Assembly: GCF_001644705.1 (NCBI RefSeq)
Contig: NZ_CP015137.1
Span: forward strand, 3,480,001-3,512,000
From: Dickeya solani IPO 2222
GTDB lineage: Bacteria > Pseudomonadota > Gammaproteobacteria > Enterobacterales > Enterobacteriaceae
DNA: 32,000 nt
Direction of reading: 5' to 3'
In this document: in pieces, positions 20,546 to 29,077 of the stretch
Numbering within the stretch: the first letter of the stretch is position 1
Layout of the letters: each line of letters opens with the position of its first letter
Made by a program: the position numbers and the translations under genes
Notes under the pieces: generated by a model
The model's database searches: none
Told to the model about the DNA's origin: nothing
The model's input: the letters and a program-made list of their open reading frames with translations, nothing else

Positions 20546-22075
20546 TTAACGCGAACGGAAGCGATAAACCAGTGCTGCAAGGCCCAGTAACGCTTCCAGC
20601 AGCCACAACGGCCAGGAACCGAAGCGGGCGTAAGGTGTTATGCCGGTTGCCGGCGTTACGCGCGTTTCCAGTACGTTACGGGTGAACTGCGGGAGGCTGG
20701 CGCTGATGCTGCCGTCCGGCGCGATAACGGCCGTTACGCCATTGTTGGTGGAGCGTAACAGTGGGCGACCCAGTTCCAGCGCCCGCATCCGCGCCATCTG
20801 GAAATGCTGCCAGGGACCGATGGAGTTGCCGAACCAGGCATCGTTGGAAATGGTCAGCAGCATATCGGTATCGGCGCGGAAATTATCGCGTACCTGTTGC
20901 CCCAGAATGACCTCATAACAGATGGTGGCGGTGAGACGGTAACCGTTGACGAGCAGTTGCGGTTGGCGATAGTCGCCGCGGCTGAACGCAGACATCGGCA
21001 GATCGAAGAACGGCGCCAGCGGACGCAGCAGGGTCTCCAGCGGCACAAATTCGCCAAACGGCACCAGATGATGCTTGTTGTAGCGGTTGGCGGTAGGGTA
21101 GCGATACGGTTGCTGATCGCCCAGTACGATGATGCTGTTATAGAAATCGGTGCGGTTGTTTTCCCGGCGCGCGTCGACGATGCCGGTGATCAGGCTGCTG
21201 TGGTGCTCGCGCAGAATGGCGTCCAGTCGCGTCAGATAATCCTGCTGACGGATCTCGACATCCGGAATGGCGGATTCCGGCCAAATCACCAGCGGCGCCT
21301 TGTCCATCACGGGTAAGGTGTTGTCGAAATAGACCTTCAGGGTGTTGAGCAGTTCGTTCGGGTCCCACTTCAACGCCTGCGGAATATTGCCCTGCACTAT
21401 CGCCACGTTGACCGCGCGCTCCGGCTGCAGTTTGTACCAGTCAAGCAAGCGCAGCGGCCACGGCAACACCAATAGCGCAATGGCGACCAGCACGGGCTGC
21501 CAGCGTCGCCGTGTTAACCCCAGCACCAGCAGCCCGCTGATAATCATCAACAGGAAGGTGAGGGTATCGACCCCTGCGATCGGCGCAATTCCTTTCAGCG
21601 GGCCATCAAGCTGGCTGTAGCCGAATTGCAGCCAGGGAAAACCGGTCAGCACCCAACCGCGCAGCAGTTCGGTGACCTGCCACAGCGCCGGCGCCGCCAG
21701 CGCTACGCGCCATCCGGTGGTCTGCGGCCACAGGCGTGCAAGCAGCCCGGCAAACAGCATCGGATAGAGCGACAGGTAGAGCGCCAGCAGCACCACCAGC
21801 CCGACATTCACCGGGCCTGGCATGCCGCCAAAGTCGGCGATGCTGTAGTAGACCCAGTGGATGCCGGTGCCGAACAGACCGAATCCCCAACTGAAACCGA
21901 TCGCCGCCGCCTGACGAGTCCGGCGGTTCAGCGTCAGGCCTTGCAGCCCCATCAATGAGATGATGGCGGCTGGCCAGAAATCATAAGGAGAGAACGCCAG
22001 TGTGCCGCAGGCACCGAATAAAAGCGCCAGCAGGAGGCGAACCTGCTGGCGTTGCAATAACGAAGCGACTGCCAT
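20546..22075 (-). CDS. lnt: Apolipoprotein N-acyltransferase
   Basis: Track ORF 20546..22165 is over-extended into corC. The ATG at 22075 gives [32 protein letters not shown]... (509 aa), colinear with E. coli Lnt, with a C-N hydrolase domain (ICYE...). Confidence 0.95.
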   Translation of the reverse strand: MAVASLLQRQQVRLLLALLFGACGTLAFSPYDFWPAAIISLMGLQGLTLNRRTRQAAAIGFSWGFGLFGTGIHWVYYSIADFGGMPGPVNVGLVVLLALYLSLYPMLFAGLLARLWPQTTGWRVALAAPALWQVTELLRGWVLTGFPWLQFGYSQLDGPLKGIAPIAGVDTLTFLLMIISGLLVLGLTRRRWQPVLVAIALLVLPWPLRLLDWYKLQPERAVNVAIVQGNIPQALKWDPNELLNTLKVYFDNTLPVMDKAPLVIWPESAIPDVEIRQQDYLTRLDAILREHHSSLITGIVDARRENNRTDFYNSIIVLGDQQPYRYPTANRYNKHHLVPFGEFVPLETLLRPLAPFFDLPMSAFSRGDYRQPQLLVNGYRLTATICYEVILGQQVRDNFRADTDMLLTISNDAWFGNSIGPWQHFQMARMRALELGRPLLRSTNNGVTAVIAPDGSISASLPQFTRNVLETRVTPATGITPYARFGSWPLWLLEALLGLAALVYRFRSR

Positions 22076-22082
22076 GAATGAA

Positions 22083-22952
22083 TTAGTCTTCCAGTTGCGG
22101 TTGCGGAGCGTCGTCAGGAATTCTGACATGAACCTGAATAATACGGCGGCTGTCTGCCATGGCAACTTTGAACAGGTAACCGTTGATGTCGATGGTTTCC
22201 CCGCGTGCCGGCAGGTGACCGAAAGATTGCATCACCAGACCGCCGATGGTATCCACTTCTTCGTCGCTGAATCGGGTGGAGAAGGTCTCGTTGAAGTCCT
22301 CGATAGGCGTAAGGGCGCGCACCGTATAAGTCTGGCGGTTTAGCTGGCGGATATCGCGATCTTCTTCGTCATCGTATTCGTCTTCGATTTCACCGACGAT
22401 CAGCTCCAGAATGTCTTCAATCGTCACCAGCCCGGAGACGCCGCCGAATTCGTCGATGACGATGGCCATGTGGTAACGCAGGGAGCGGAACTCGTTAAGC
22501 ATGCGGTCCACCCGCTTACTTTCCGGAACCACGACGGCAGGCCGCAGCACTTTATCCATGCTGAACGGTTCGGAGTTGCTGCGCATGAACGGCAGCAGGT
22601 CCTTGGCCATCAAGATGCCTTCGATGTGGTCCTTGTCTTCGCTGATGACCGGGAAACGGGAGTGGGCCGATTCGATGATCACGTCCAGACACTCTTCCAG
22701 CGTCTGGTTATGCTTGAGTGTAATCATCTGCGAACGCGGGATCATGATGTCGCGAACCCGCTGTTCGGCGATATCCATCACCCCTTCCAGCATGTCGCGG
22801 ATTTCCGGATCAATTTGTTCCGAATCACGGATTAATCCCAGCAGATCGTCGTGATCTTTGGATTCGCCGTGAAAAATCTGATTGAGAAAAAGAGAGAAAA
22901 ATCCCTTTTTGGGACTGGGGGTATCGCTGTTGGGAGAATGGTCGTCGCTCAT
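22083..22952 (-). CDS. corC: Magnesium/cobalt efflux-associated protein CorC (CBS pair plus CorC/HlyC domain)
   Basis: The ATG at 22952 gives [21 protein letters not shown]..., colinear with E. coli CorC/YbeX. The track start at 22970 is a GTG with no supporting homology. Confidence 0.93.
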   Translation of the reverse strand: MSDDHSPNSDTPSPKKGFFSLFLNQIFHGESKDHDDLLGLIRDSEQIDPEIRDMLEGVMDIAEQRVRDIMIPRSQMITLKHNQTLEECLDVIIESAHSRFPVISEDKDHIEGILMAKDLLPFMRSNSEPFSMDKVLRPAVVVPESKRVDRMLNEFRSLRYHMAIVIDEFGGVSGLVTIEDILELIVGEIEDEYDDEEDRDIRQLNRQTYTVRALTPIEDFNETFSTRFSDEEVDTIGGLVMQSFGHLPARGETIDINGYLFKVAMADSRRIIQVHVRIPDDAPQPQLED

Positions 22953-23050
22953 GGCGTCAGTTAATATCACTCTTGTTAAGAAATGATGACCAGCGGTGAA
23001 TGTCGTCGGTGGCGTATCGCCGCTGGCGTCTGGTCCTTAAAATATCGGGT

Positions 23051-23536
23051 TTAAGGCTTGTCAGTAAAATCTTCTTTTTCTGCCAGATACGGGTCGGCAT
23101 AACCCATACTTTGCATGATTTCCGTTTCCAGTGCTTCCATTTCTTCGGCTTCACTGTCTTCGATATGATCATAACCTAACAGATGCAGGCTGCCATGGAC
23201 AACCATGTGCGCCCAATGTTCCTCCGCGCTTTTCCCCTGTTCGACCGCCTCCTGCTCGACCACCTGTCGGCAGATGATGAGGTCGCCCAGTAGCGGTAGC
23301 TCCACTTCCGGCGGCGCCTCGAACGGGAACGACAGCACGTTGGTCGGTTTGTCTTTGCCGCGATAGGTCAGGTTGAGGTGATGGCTTTCCTCTTCGTCCA
23401 CCACCCGGATGGTGACTTCCGCCACCTCCTGAAACTGTGGCAACACCGCTTCCAGCCAGCGCTGAAAGTCGGCTTCCGGCGGCAGCCCATTGCTATTTTC
23501 GCTGGCGATTTGCAAATCAAGAATAACCTGACTCAT
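23051..23536 (-). CDS. ybeY: Endoribonuclease YbeY (16S rRNA 3'-end maturation)
   Basis: The 161-aa product has the zinc motif [11 protein letters not shown] and is colinear with E. coli YbeY. Its start overlaps the ybeZ stop (ATGA). Confidence 0.96.
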   Translation of the reverse strand: MSQVILDLQIASENSNGLPPEADFQRWLEAVLPQFQEVAEVTIRVVDEEESHHLNLTYRGKDKPTNVLSFPFEAPPEVELPLLGDLIICRQVVEQEAVEQGKSAEEHWAHMVVHGSLHLLGYDHIEDSEAEEMEALETEIMQSMGYADPYLAEKEDFTDKP

Positions 23537-24585
23537 TTCTGCTCCTGCGCGCTGTCCTGCGCTTCGCGTTTACGTTGCTCCGCCAGTTCGTCCCGGCGTT
23601 TCTGATCGGCGCTTTCCCACGCTTCATAGGCGTTGACGATGCGGGCGACCACTGGGTGGCGCACCACGTCTTCGCTGTGGAAGAAGTTGAAACTGATTTC
23701 CTCGACTTCCGACAGCACCTCAATGGCGTGACGCAAACCGGATTTTTGATTGCGCGGCAGGTCGATCTGGGTGACGTCGCCGGTGATGACCGCTTTCGAG
23801 TTAAACCCGATACGGGTCAGGAACATCTTCATTTGCTCGATGGTGGTGTTCTGGCTTTCGTCCAGAATGATGAAGGCGTCGTTAAGCGTGCGGCCACGCA
23901 TGTAGGCCAGCGGCGCGACTTCAATCACGTTACGCTCGATCAGCTTTTCCACCCGTTCGAAGCCCAGCATTTCAAACAGCGCGTCGTAGAGCGGGCGCAG
24001 GTACGGGTCCACCTTCTGGCTCAGATCGCCTGGCAGGAAGCCTAGCTTTTCACCGGCTTCCACCGCCGGACGGGTCAGCAGAATGCGGCGGATGTCCTGA
24101 CGCTCCAGCGCATCCACCGCCGCTGCTACCGCCAGATAGGTTTTCCCGGTGCCGGCCGGGCCGACACCGAAGGTGATGTCGTGATCGAGGATATGGGCGA
24201 TGTACTGGGCCTGATTGGGCGTACGCGGTTTGATCATGCCGCGTTTGGTGCGGATATTCACCGCTTTACCGTATTCCGGCACGCTGTCGGCGGTCTGTTC
24301 CAGTACCCGCGATTCCTTGATGGCCAGATGAATCTGTTCCGGCTCGATATCCGGAATAACGCCGCGTACCGGAGCGGTATCCACATAAAGATGACGCAGG
24401 ATGTCGGCAGCGGCGTCGATGCAGAGGTCTTTCCCCATCAGCTTGAAGTTATTGTCGCGATGATTGATCTCTATGCCGAGGCGGCGTTCCAGCTGTTTGA
24501 TGTTGTCGTCAAACGGGCCGCACAGACTGAGCAGGCGTTTGTTGTCCGCGGGTTCGAGGGCAATTTCTTTTATCGTTACGTTCAA
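23533..24585 (-). CDS. ybeZ: PhoH-like ATPase YbeZ
   Basis: The product has Walker [10 protein letters not shown] and is colinear with E. coli YbeZ. I place the start at TTG 24585 ([15 protein letters not shown], cf. E. coli MNIDTREITLEPADN), with an AAGAGGA SD 5 nt upstream. The track start at 24618 is another TTG with no SD. Confidence 0.92.
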   Translation of the reverse strand: MNVTIKEIALEPADNKRLLSLCGPFDDNIKQLERRLGIEINHRDNNFKLMGKDLCIDAAADILRHLYVDTAPVRGVIPDIEPEQIHLAIKESRVLEQTADSVPEYGKAVNIRTKRGMIKPRTPNQAQYIAHILDHDITFGVGPAGTGKTYLAVAAAVDALERQDIRRILLTRPAVEAGEKLGFLPGDLSQKVDPYLRPLYDALFEMLGFERVEKLIERNVIEVAPLAYMRGRTLNDAFIILDESQNTTIEQMKMFLTRIGFNSKAVITGDVTQIDLPRNQKSGLRHAIEVLSEVEEISFNFFHSEDVVRHPVVARIVNAYEAWESADQKRRDELAEQRKREAQDSAQEQK

Positions 24586-24761
24586 ACTATTCCTCTTGGG
24601 TTTAAGCAGAATGAGCAATGACGCTGTGCCACAGGCAGTGATGTCTGCCCGGATGTGGCGCAGAGATTACCCTGATTATTTATCGTGAACCCCGCAGGGC
24701 GCAAGTCACATTCGGCATAAAGGCGGCGGGGGCGATGAATCTGTTCCGGATGTCGCTGCAA

Positions 24762-24790
24762 AGAAAAAGCGGGCCGTTTGACGGCCCGCC
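24762..24790 (-). terminator. Intrinsic terminator downstream of miaB
   Basis: Stem GCGGGCCGT (24769-24777) pairs with ACGGCCCGC (24781-24789). On the minus strand it is followed by TTTTTCTTT. Confidence 0.85.
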
Positions 24791-24810
24791 TGATAACGAA
24801 CATGAGCGTA

Positions 24811-26235
24811 TTACGGCTGATAGATGCCGACGCCGAGCTCGTTCTCTTTGCGGGTACGAGCGATAACCGACGTCGGCGACTCGCTAACACGCAGATCCAT
24901 TTGATCTTCGGTACGGACCACCACGCCACGCAGCGAGTTCGGGTAAACGTCGACAATTTCCACGTCGACGAATTTACCGATCATGTCGGGTGTTCCTTCG
25001 AAGTTCACTACGCGGTTATTTTCAGTACGTCCGGACAGCTCCATCACGCTTTTACGCGAGGTGCCCTCTACCAGAATACGCTGCACTGAGCCCATCATTC
25101 GGCGGCTATATTGCATGGCCTGCTGATTAATGCGTTCCTGCAGAATGTACAGGCGCTGCTTTTTCTCTTCTTCGGTCACGTCGTCCACCATGTCGGCGGC
25201 CGGGGTGCCGGGGCGGGGCGAGTAGATAAAGCTGAAGCTCATATCGAAATCGATATCGGCGATCAGTTTCATGGTCTGCTCGAAGTCTTCCTGCGTTTCG
25301 CCCGGGAAGCCGATGATAAAGTCGGAACTGATCTGAATAGCCGGGCGCGCTTTACGCAGTTTGCGGATGATGGCCTTGTATTCCAGCGCGGTGTGGCGGC
25401 GCTTCATCATGGTCAGTATGCGGTCTGATCCGCTCTGAACAGGCAGGTGCAGGAAACTCACCAGCTCCGGGGTATCTTCGTACACGCTGATGATATCGTC
25501 GGTGAATTCGATAGGATGGCTGGTGATAAAGCGGATGCGGTCGATACCGTCAATCGTCGCCACCAGACGCAGCAGTTCGGCAAAACTGCAAATGTCGTCA
25601 TCGTGCGTGGCACCGCGGTAAGCGTTTACGTTCTGGCCCAGCAGGTTCACTTCACGTACGCCCTGAGCCGCCAGTTGGGCGATTTCAAACAGAACGTCGT
25701 CAACCGGGCGGCTGACTTCTTCGCCGCGGGTATAAGGCACCACGCAGAAGGTACAATACTTGTTGCAGCCTTCCATGATGGAAACGAACGCGCTCGGCCC
25801 TTCGGCACGCGGCTCCGGCAATCGGTCAAATTTTTCCACTTCCGGGAAGCTGATGTCCACGATCGGGCTGCGGGTGCCTTGTACGTGGTTAATCATTTCC
25901 GGCAGGCGATGCAGGGTCTGCGGCCCGAAAATCACGTCCACGTAATGCGCGCGGTCGCGGATGTGTTCACCTTCCTGCGACGCTACACAGCCGCCCACGC
26001 CGATAATCAGATTCGGGTTGACGTCTTTGAGCGTTTTCCAGCGGCCGAGCTGATGAAACACTTTTTCCTGCGCCTTTTCACGGATTGAACAGGTATTCAG
26101 CAGCAGAATGTCGGCTTCTTCCGCGACTTCGGTCAGCTGGTAACCGTGCGTACTTTCCAGGAGGTCGGCTATCTTCGATGAATCGTATTCATTCATCTGA
26201 CAGCCCCAGGTTTTGATATGCAGTTTCTTTGTCAT
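24811..26235 (-). CDS. miaB: tRNA-2-methylthio-N6-dimethylallyladenosine synthase MiaB (radical SAM)
   Basis: The product is colinear with E. coli MiaB, with the CNKYCTFC radical-SAM cluster and the N-terminal cysteines C..C..C. Three consecutive ATGs occur at 26241, 26238 and 26235. [19 protein letters not shown] matches the E. coli N-terminus. Confidence 0.95.
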   Translation of the reverse strand: MTKKLHIKTWGCQMNEYDSSKIADLLESTHGYQLTEVAEEADILLLNTCSIREKAQEKVFHQLGRWKTLKDVNPNLIIGVGGCVASQEGEHIRDRAHYVDVIFGPQTLHRLPEMINHVQGTRSPIVDISFPEVEKFDRLPEPRAEGPSAFVSIMEGCNKYCTFCVVPYTRGEEVSRPVDDVLFEIAQLAAQGVREVNLLGQNVNAYRGATHDDDICSFAELLRLVATIDGIDRIRFITSHPIEFTDDIISVYEDTPELVSFLHLPVQSGSDRILTMMKRRHTALEYKAIIRKLRKARPAIQISSDFIIGFPGETQEDFEQTMKLIADIDFDMSFSFIYSPRPGTPAADMVDDVTEEEKKQRLYILQERINQQAMQYSRRMMGSVQRILVEGTSRKSVMELSGRTENNRVVNFEGTPDMIGKFVDVEIVDVYPNSLRGVVVRTEDQMDLRVSESPTSVIARTRKENELGVGIYQP

Positions 26236-26430
26236 CATCATCGACTAGCCATTACTCAGTGCGGGTAACCACGCTTACCTTCAATGGGGCGCGTACATGC
26301 GGGCGCGTATTGTAATCTTTTGCCGTCGTTGTGACCAGAGCGAGCGGTACGTCGCTTTTCTGAAAAACGTTGGCGAAATCCAGTAAACTATCGCCATCTT
26401 TTGTCTTTCTGGCGCAGGTGTCTGCTTTAT

Positions 26431-27624
26431 ATGCGCAATAGAAACAGTGGGGCAGGTATGCACTATGATGCGGTGATTGTAGGCGGAGGCATGGTGGGTG
26501 CCGCCGCCGCGTTGGGACTGGCGCAGAGCGGTTTTCAGGTGGCGGTGTTGGAACAGGAAACGCCGCTGCCGTTTGTCGCGGGCAGTGCGCCGGACGTGCG
26601 GGTATCGGCGATTGGTCAGGCGTCGGTCAGGCTGCTGGAGCGGCTGGGAGCCTGGCCGGGCGTCGGGCTGATGCGCAGTGCGCCTTACCGACGGCTGGAA
26701 ACCTGGGAGTGGGACAATGCGCATGTGATGTTCGATGCGGCCGACCTTGGGTTACCCGAACTGGGGTTTATGGTGGAGAACCGTATTCTGCAACTGGCGT
26801 TGTGGCAGGTGCTGGAGAAAACGCCCGGCGTGACGCTGTTGTGCCCGTGGCAATTGCAGAGTATGCGTCGCGAGGGCGAGCAGTGGGTACTGATTAGCGA
26901 GCAGGGCGACAGCCTGTCTGCGTCGCTGGTGATTGGCGCTGATGGCGCCAATTCGAAAATTCGCCAGTGGGCGGGCATTGGTATCACGGGCTGGCAATAT
27001 CGTCAGTCCTGCATGCTGATCAGCGCCGAAATGGCCGGTCCACAACAGGATGCGACCTGGCAGCGTTTTACGCCGTCCGGGCCGCGCGCGTTTTTGCCGC
27101 TGTTTGACGGCTGGTGCTCGCTGGTGTGGTACGACAGCCCGCCGCGTATCCGCCAGTTGCAGGCGATGTCGCTTCCTCAACTGAATAAGGCCATTGCCGA
27201 GACGTTTCCTGCGCGGCTGGGGGCGGTCAATGCGGTGGCGGCCGGCGCGTTTCCGCTGGTGCGCCGCCATGCGCAGCAGTATGTGTTGCCGGGGCTGGCC
27301 CTGATTGGCGACGCCGCGCATACCATCAACCCGCTGGCGGGGCAGGGCGTGAATCTGGGATATCGGGATGTTTCCACGCTGCTCGACGTGGTGATCCGGG
27401 CGCGTGATGAAGGCGCTGTCTGGTACGGCGAACCGGTGCTACGGCGTTATCAGCGGCAGCGCAAGCCTGACAATCTGCTGATGCAAAGTGGCATGGATCT
27501 GTTTTATGGCGCGTTCAGTAACCGGCTGCCGCCGCTTGAGTTTGCCCGCAATCTGGCGCTGATGGCGGCGCAACGCGCCGGAAAACTGAAACAGCAGGCG
27601 TTGCGCTACGCGCTGGGGTTGTAA
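26431..27624 (+). CDS. ubiF: Ubiquinone biosynthesis FAD-dependent hydroxylase UbiF
   Basis: The product has the GGGMVG Rossmann motif and is colinear with E. coli UbiF through ...LKQQALRYALGL. The start is ambiguous: ATG 26431 (AGGTG 10 nt upstream) or ATG 26458 (MHYDAVIVGGG). The track TTG at 26401 is unlikely. Confidence 0.9.
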   Translation: MRNRNSGAGMHYDAVIVGGGMVGAAAALGLAQSGFQVAVLEQETPLPFVAGSAPDVRVSAIGQASVRLLERLGAWPGVGLMRSAPYRRLETWEWDNAHVMFDAADLGLPELGFMVENRILQLALWQVLEKTPGVTLLCPWQLQSMRREGEQWVLISEQGDSLSASLVIGADGANSKIRQWAGIGITGWQYRQSCMLISAEMAGPQQDATWQRFTPSGPRAFLPLFDGWCSLVWYDSPPRIRQLQAMSLPQLNKAIAETFPARLGAVNAVAAGAFPLVRRHAQQYVLPGLALIGDAAHTINPLAGQGVNLGYRDVSTLLDVVIRARDEGAVWYGEPVLRRYQRQRKPDNLLMQSGMDLFYGAFSNRLPPLEFARNLALMAAQRAGKLKQQALRYALGL

Positions 27625-27792
27625 TCCGGTCGCAGCCCGCGACTGCTGCACTGTCGCATGATTATTTATTCGCCGTCATACCGCTTTCATGTCATGCCGT
27701 TACATTGATGCCGCTCTATCGGTGAAGAGATGGCCTGCATTAAGGCGTTATCCTGCGGCACTGCGATTTTTTATCTTTGAGTAGTGAAACTG

Positions 27793-28122
27793 ATGACCTA
27801 TTTATTTCTTTGTCTGGCGATTGTGTCAGAGGTGGTGGCGACAACGGCGCTGAAATTGTCGGAGAGTTTTACCCGGCCGGTGCCAAGTATCGTAACGCTG
27901 GTGTTCTACGCTATCGCGTTTTACTGTCTGACCATTTCCATGCGAGTGTTGCCGACAGGCGTGATTTACGCCATTTGGTCGGGCGTAGGGATTGTGTTGA
28001 TTGCGGCGATAAGCTGGATTTTTTACGATCAGCGGCTGGACTGGCCGGCGGTGCTGGGGATGGCGCTGATCATTGCCGGGGTGGCGGTGATTAACCTGTT
28101 TTCCAATTCCCTGGCGCACTAA
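27793..28122 (+). CDS. Small multidrug resistance (SMR) family efflux transporter, EmrE/Qac-like
   Basis: The 109-aa product has four TM helices, a membrane-embedded Glu (IVSEVVATT), and the motifs YAIWSGVGIVLI and GMALIIAGVAVINL. It is close to E. coli EmrE (recalled sequence). The ATG at 27793 is preferred over the GTG at 27784. The gene is absent at this locus in E. coli K-12. Confidence 0.88.
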   Translation: MTYLFLCLAIVSEVVATTALKLSESFTRPVPSIVTLVFYAIAFYCLTISMRVLPTGVIYAIWSGVGIVLIAAISWIFYDQRLDWPAVLGMALIIAGVAVINLFSNSLAH

Positions 28123-28206
28123 ATTGCGAATCCGGTACTGACGCCAGCGTTGTACCGGTTATTGATGCAAACGGTGGATGCACGATAACAAATTGAAGGG
28201 ATAGTA

Positions 28207-28242
28207 AGAAAAGAAAAAGCCCGTTTGCACGGGCTTTTCTGT
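28207..28242. terminator. Bidirectional intrinsic terminator (SMR gene on plus strand, tRNA operon on minus strand)
   Basis: Stem AGCCCG (28218-28223) pairs with CGGGCT (28230-28235) around loop TTTGCA. It is flanked by AAAAA and TTTT, so a U-tract is available on both strands. Confidence 0.85.
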
Positions 28243-28243
28243 A

Positions 28244-28318
28244 TGGCTGGGGTACGAGGATTCGAACCTCGGGATGGCGGAATCAGAATCCGCTGCCTTA
28301 CCGCTTGGCGATACCCCA
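28244..28318 (-). tRNA. glnV: tRNA-Gln (anticodon CUG), 75 nt
   Basis: The reverse complement is TGGGGTATCGCCAAGCGGTAAGGCAGCGGATTCTGATTCCGCCATCCCGAGGTTCGAATCCTCGTACCCCAGCCA. It has a cloverleaf, an encoded CCA and anticodon loop TTCTGAT. It is close to E. coli glnV/X. Confidence 0.97.
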
Positions 28319-28326
28319 ATTTAAAG

Positions 28327-28403
28327 TGGTGGCTACGACGGGAATCGAACCTGTGACCCCAGCATTATGAGTGCTGTGCTCTAACCAGCTGAGCTACGTA
28401 GCC
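28327..28403 (-). tRNA. metU: tRNA-Met elongator (anticodon CAU), 77 nt
   Basis: The reverse complement is GGCTACGTAGCTCAGCTGGTTAGAGCACAGCACTCATAATGCTGGGGTCACAGGTTCGATTCCCGTCGTAGCCACCA. It is nearly identical to E. coli metT/metU. Confidence 0.97.
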
Positions 28404-28445
28404 AAATACTGCACGGTCAGAAGCCGGTGGCTTCATGACTGAATA

Positions 28446-28519
28446 TGGCTGGGGTACGAGGATTCGAACCTCGGATGGCGGAATCAGAATCCGCTGCCTT
28501 ACCGCTTGGCGATACCCCA
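28446..28519 (-). tRNA. tRNA-Gln (anticodon CUG), 74 nt variant with 4-nt variable loop
   Basis: It is identical to the 28244..28318 copy except for one fewer G/C in the run at 28473-28474 (GG, against GGG at 28271-28273). The variable loop is therefore CATC instead of CATCC. Confidence 0.9.
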
Positions 28520-28557
28520 ACAGGGCGCACATCGTATGACGTGTCTCACTTGATTCA

Positions 28558-28632
28558 TGGCTGGGGTACCAGGATTCGAACCTGGGAGTGGCGGGATCAA
28601 AACCCGCTGCCTTACCGCTTGGCGATACCCCA
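28558..28632 (-). tRNA. glnU: tRNA-Gln (anticodon UUG), 75 nt
   Basis: The reverse complement is TGGGGTATCGCCAAGCGGTAAGGCAGCGGGTTTTGATCCCGCCACTCCCAGGTTCGAATCCTGGTACCCCAGCCA, with anticodon loop TTTTGAT. Confidence 0.96.
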
Positions 28633-28688
28633 ATAAAGCTGTTGCATACCTAGGCTGACGCTTTGGTTTTCTACACCGATAAAGGTAA

Positions 28689-28773
28689 TGGTGCGGGAGG
28701 CGAGACTTGAACTCGCACACCTTGCGGCGCCAGAACCTAAATCTGGTGCGTCTACCAATTTCGCCACTCCCGC
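28689..28773 (-). tRNA. leuW: tRNA-Leu (anticodon UAG), 85 nt, long variable arm
   Basis: The reverse complement is GCGGGAGTGGCGAAATTGGTAGACGCACCAGATTTAGGTTCTGGCGCCGCAAGGTGTGCGAGTTCAAGTCTCGCCTCCCGCACCA. It matches E. coli leuW as recalled. Confidence 0.97.
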
Positions 28774-28782
28774 AGGAAAAAA

Positions 28783-28859
28783 TGGTGGCTACGACGGGAA
28801 TCGAACCTGTGACCCCAGCATTATGAGTGCTGTGCTCTAACCAGCTGAGCTACGTAGCC
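28783..28859 (-). tRNA. metT: tRNA-Met elongator (anticodon CAU), 77 nt
   Basis: The sequence is identical to the 28327..28403 copy. It is the first gene of the operon. Confidence 0.97.
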
Positions 28860-28890
28860 ATCTTTTCCGCGTCACCTTCATCGGCGTTGC

Positions 28891-28950
28891 GGGGCGCATT
28901 ATGCGGAGTTGGCCTTTTGGCGTCAACACATTTTTTCCCTAAAAACGGCG
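28891..28950 (-). promoter_or_regulatory. Sigma-70 promoter of the tRNA operon, with UP-like element and GC-rich discriminator
   Basis: The minus strand reads TTGACG (28926-28921), a 17-bp spacer, then CATAAT (28903-28898), followed by GCGCCCCGC (a stringent-type discriminator). It is preceded by the A/T-rich TTTTTAGGGAAAAAATGTG. The element lies about 30 nt upstream of the first tRNA. Confidence 0.7.
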
Positions 28951-29028
28951 TATCCGCGCTGTTTGTTTGGCTTATGAACAGTCTGGTGAGAAAAGCGTCA
29001 GAAAGCAGGCTTTTGACTGTATTCCATA

Positions 29029-29057
29029 AGAAAAACGGGCCGCTAAAGGCCCGTTTG
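29029..29057 (-). terminator. Intrinsic terminator downstream of asnB
   Basis: Stem AACGGGCC (29034-29041) pairs with GGCCCGTT (29048-29055). On the minus strand it is followed by TTTTTCTTATGG. Confidence 0.85.
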
Positions 29058-29077
29058 AAACAGTAAAATAAAACCGG

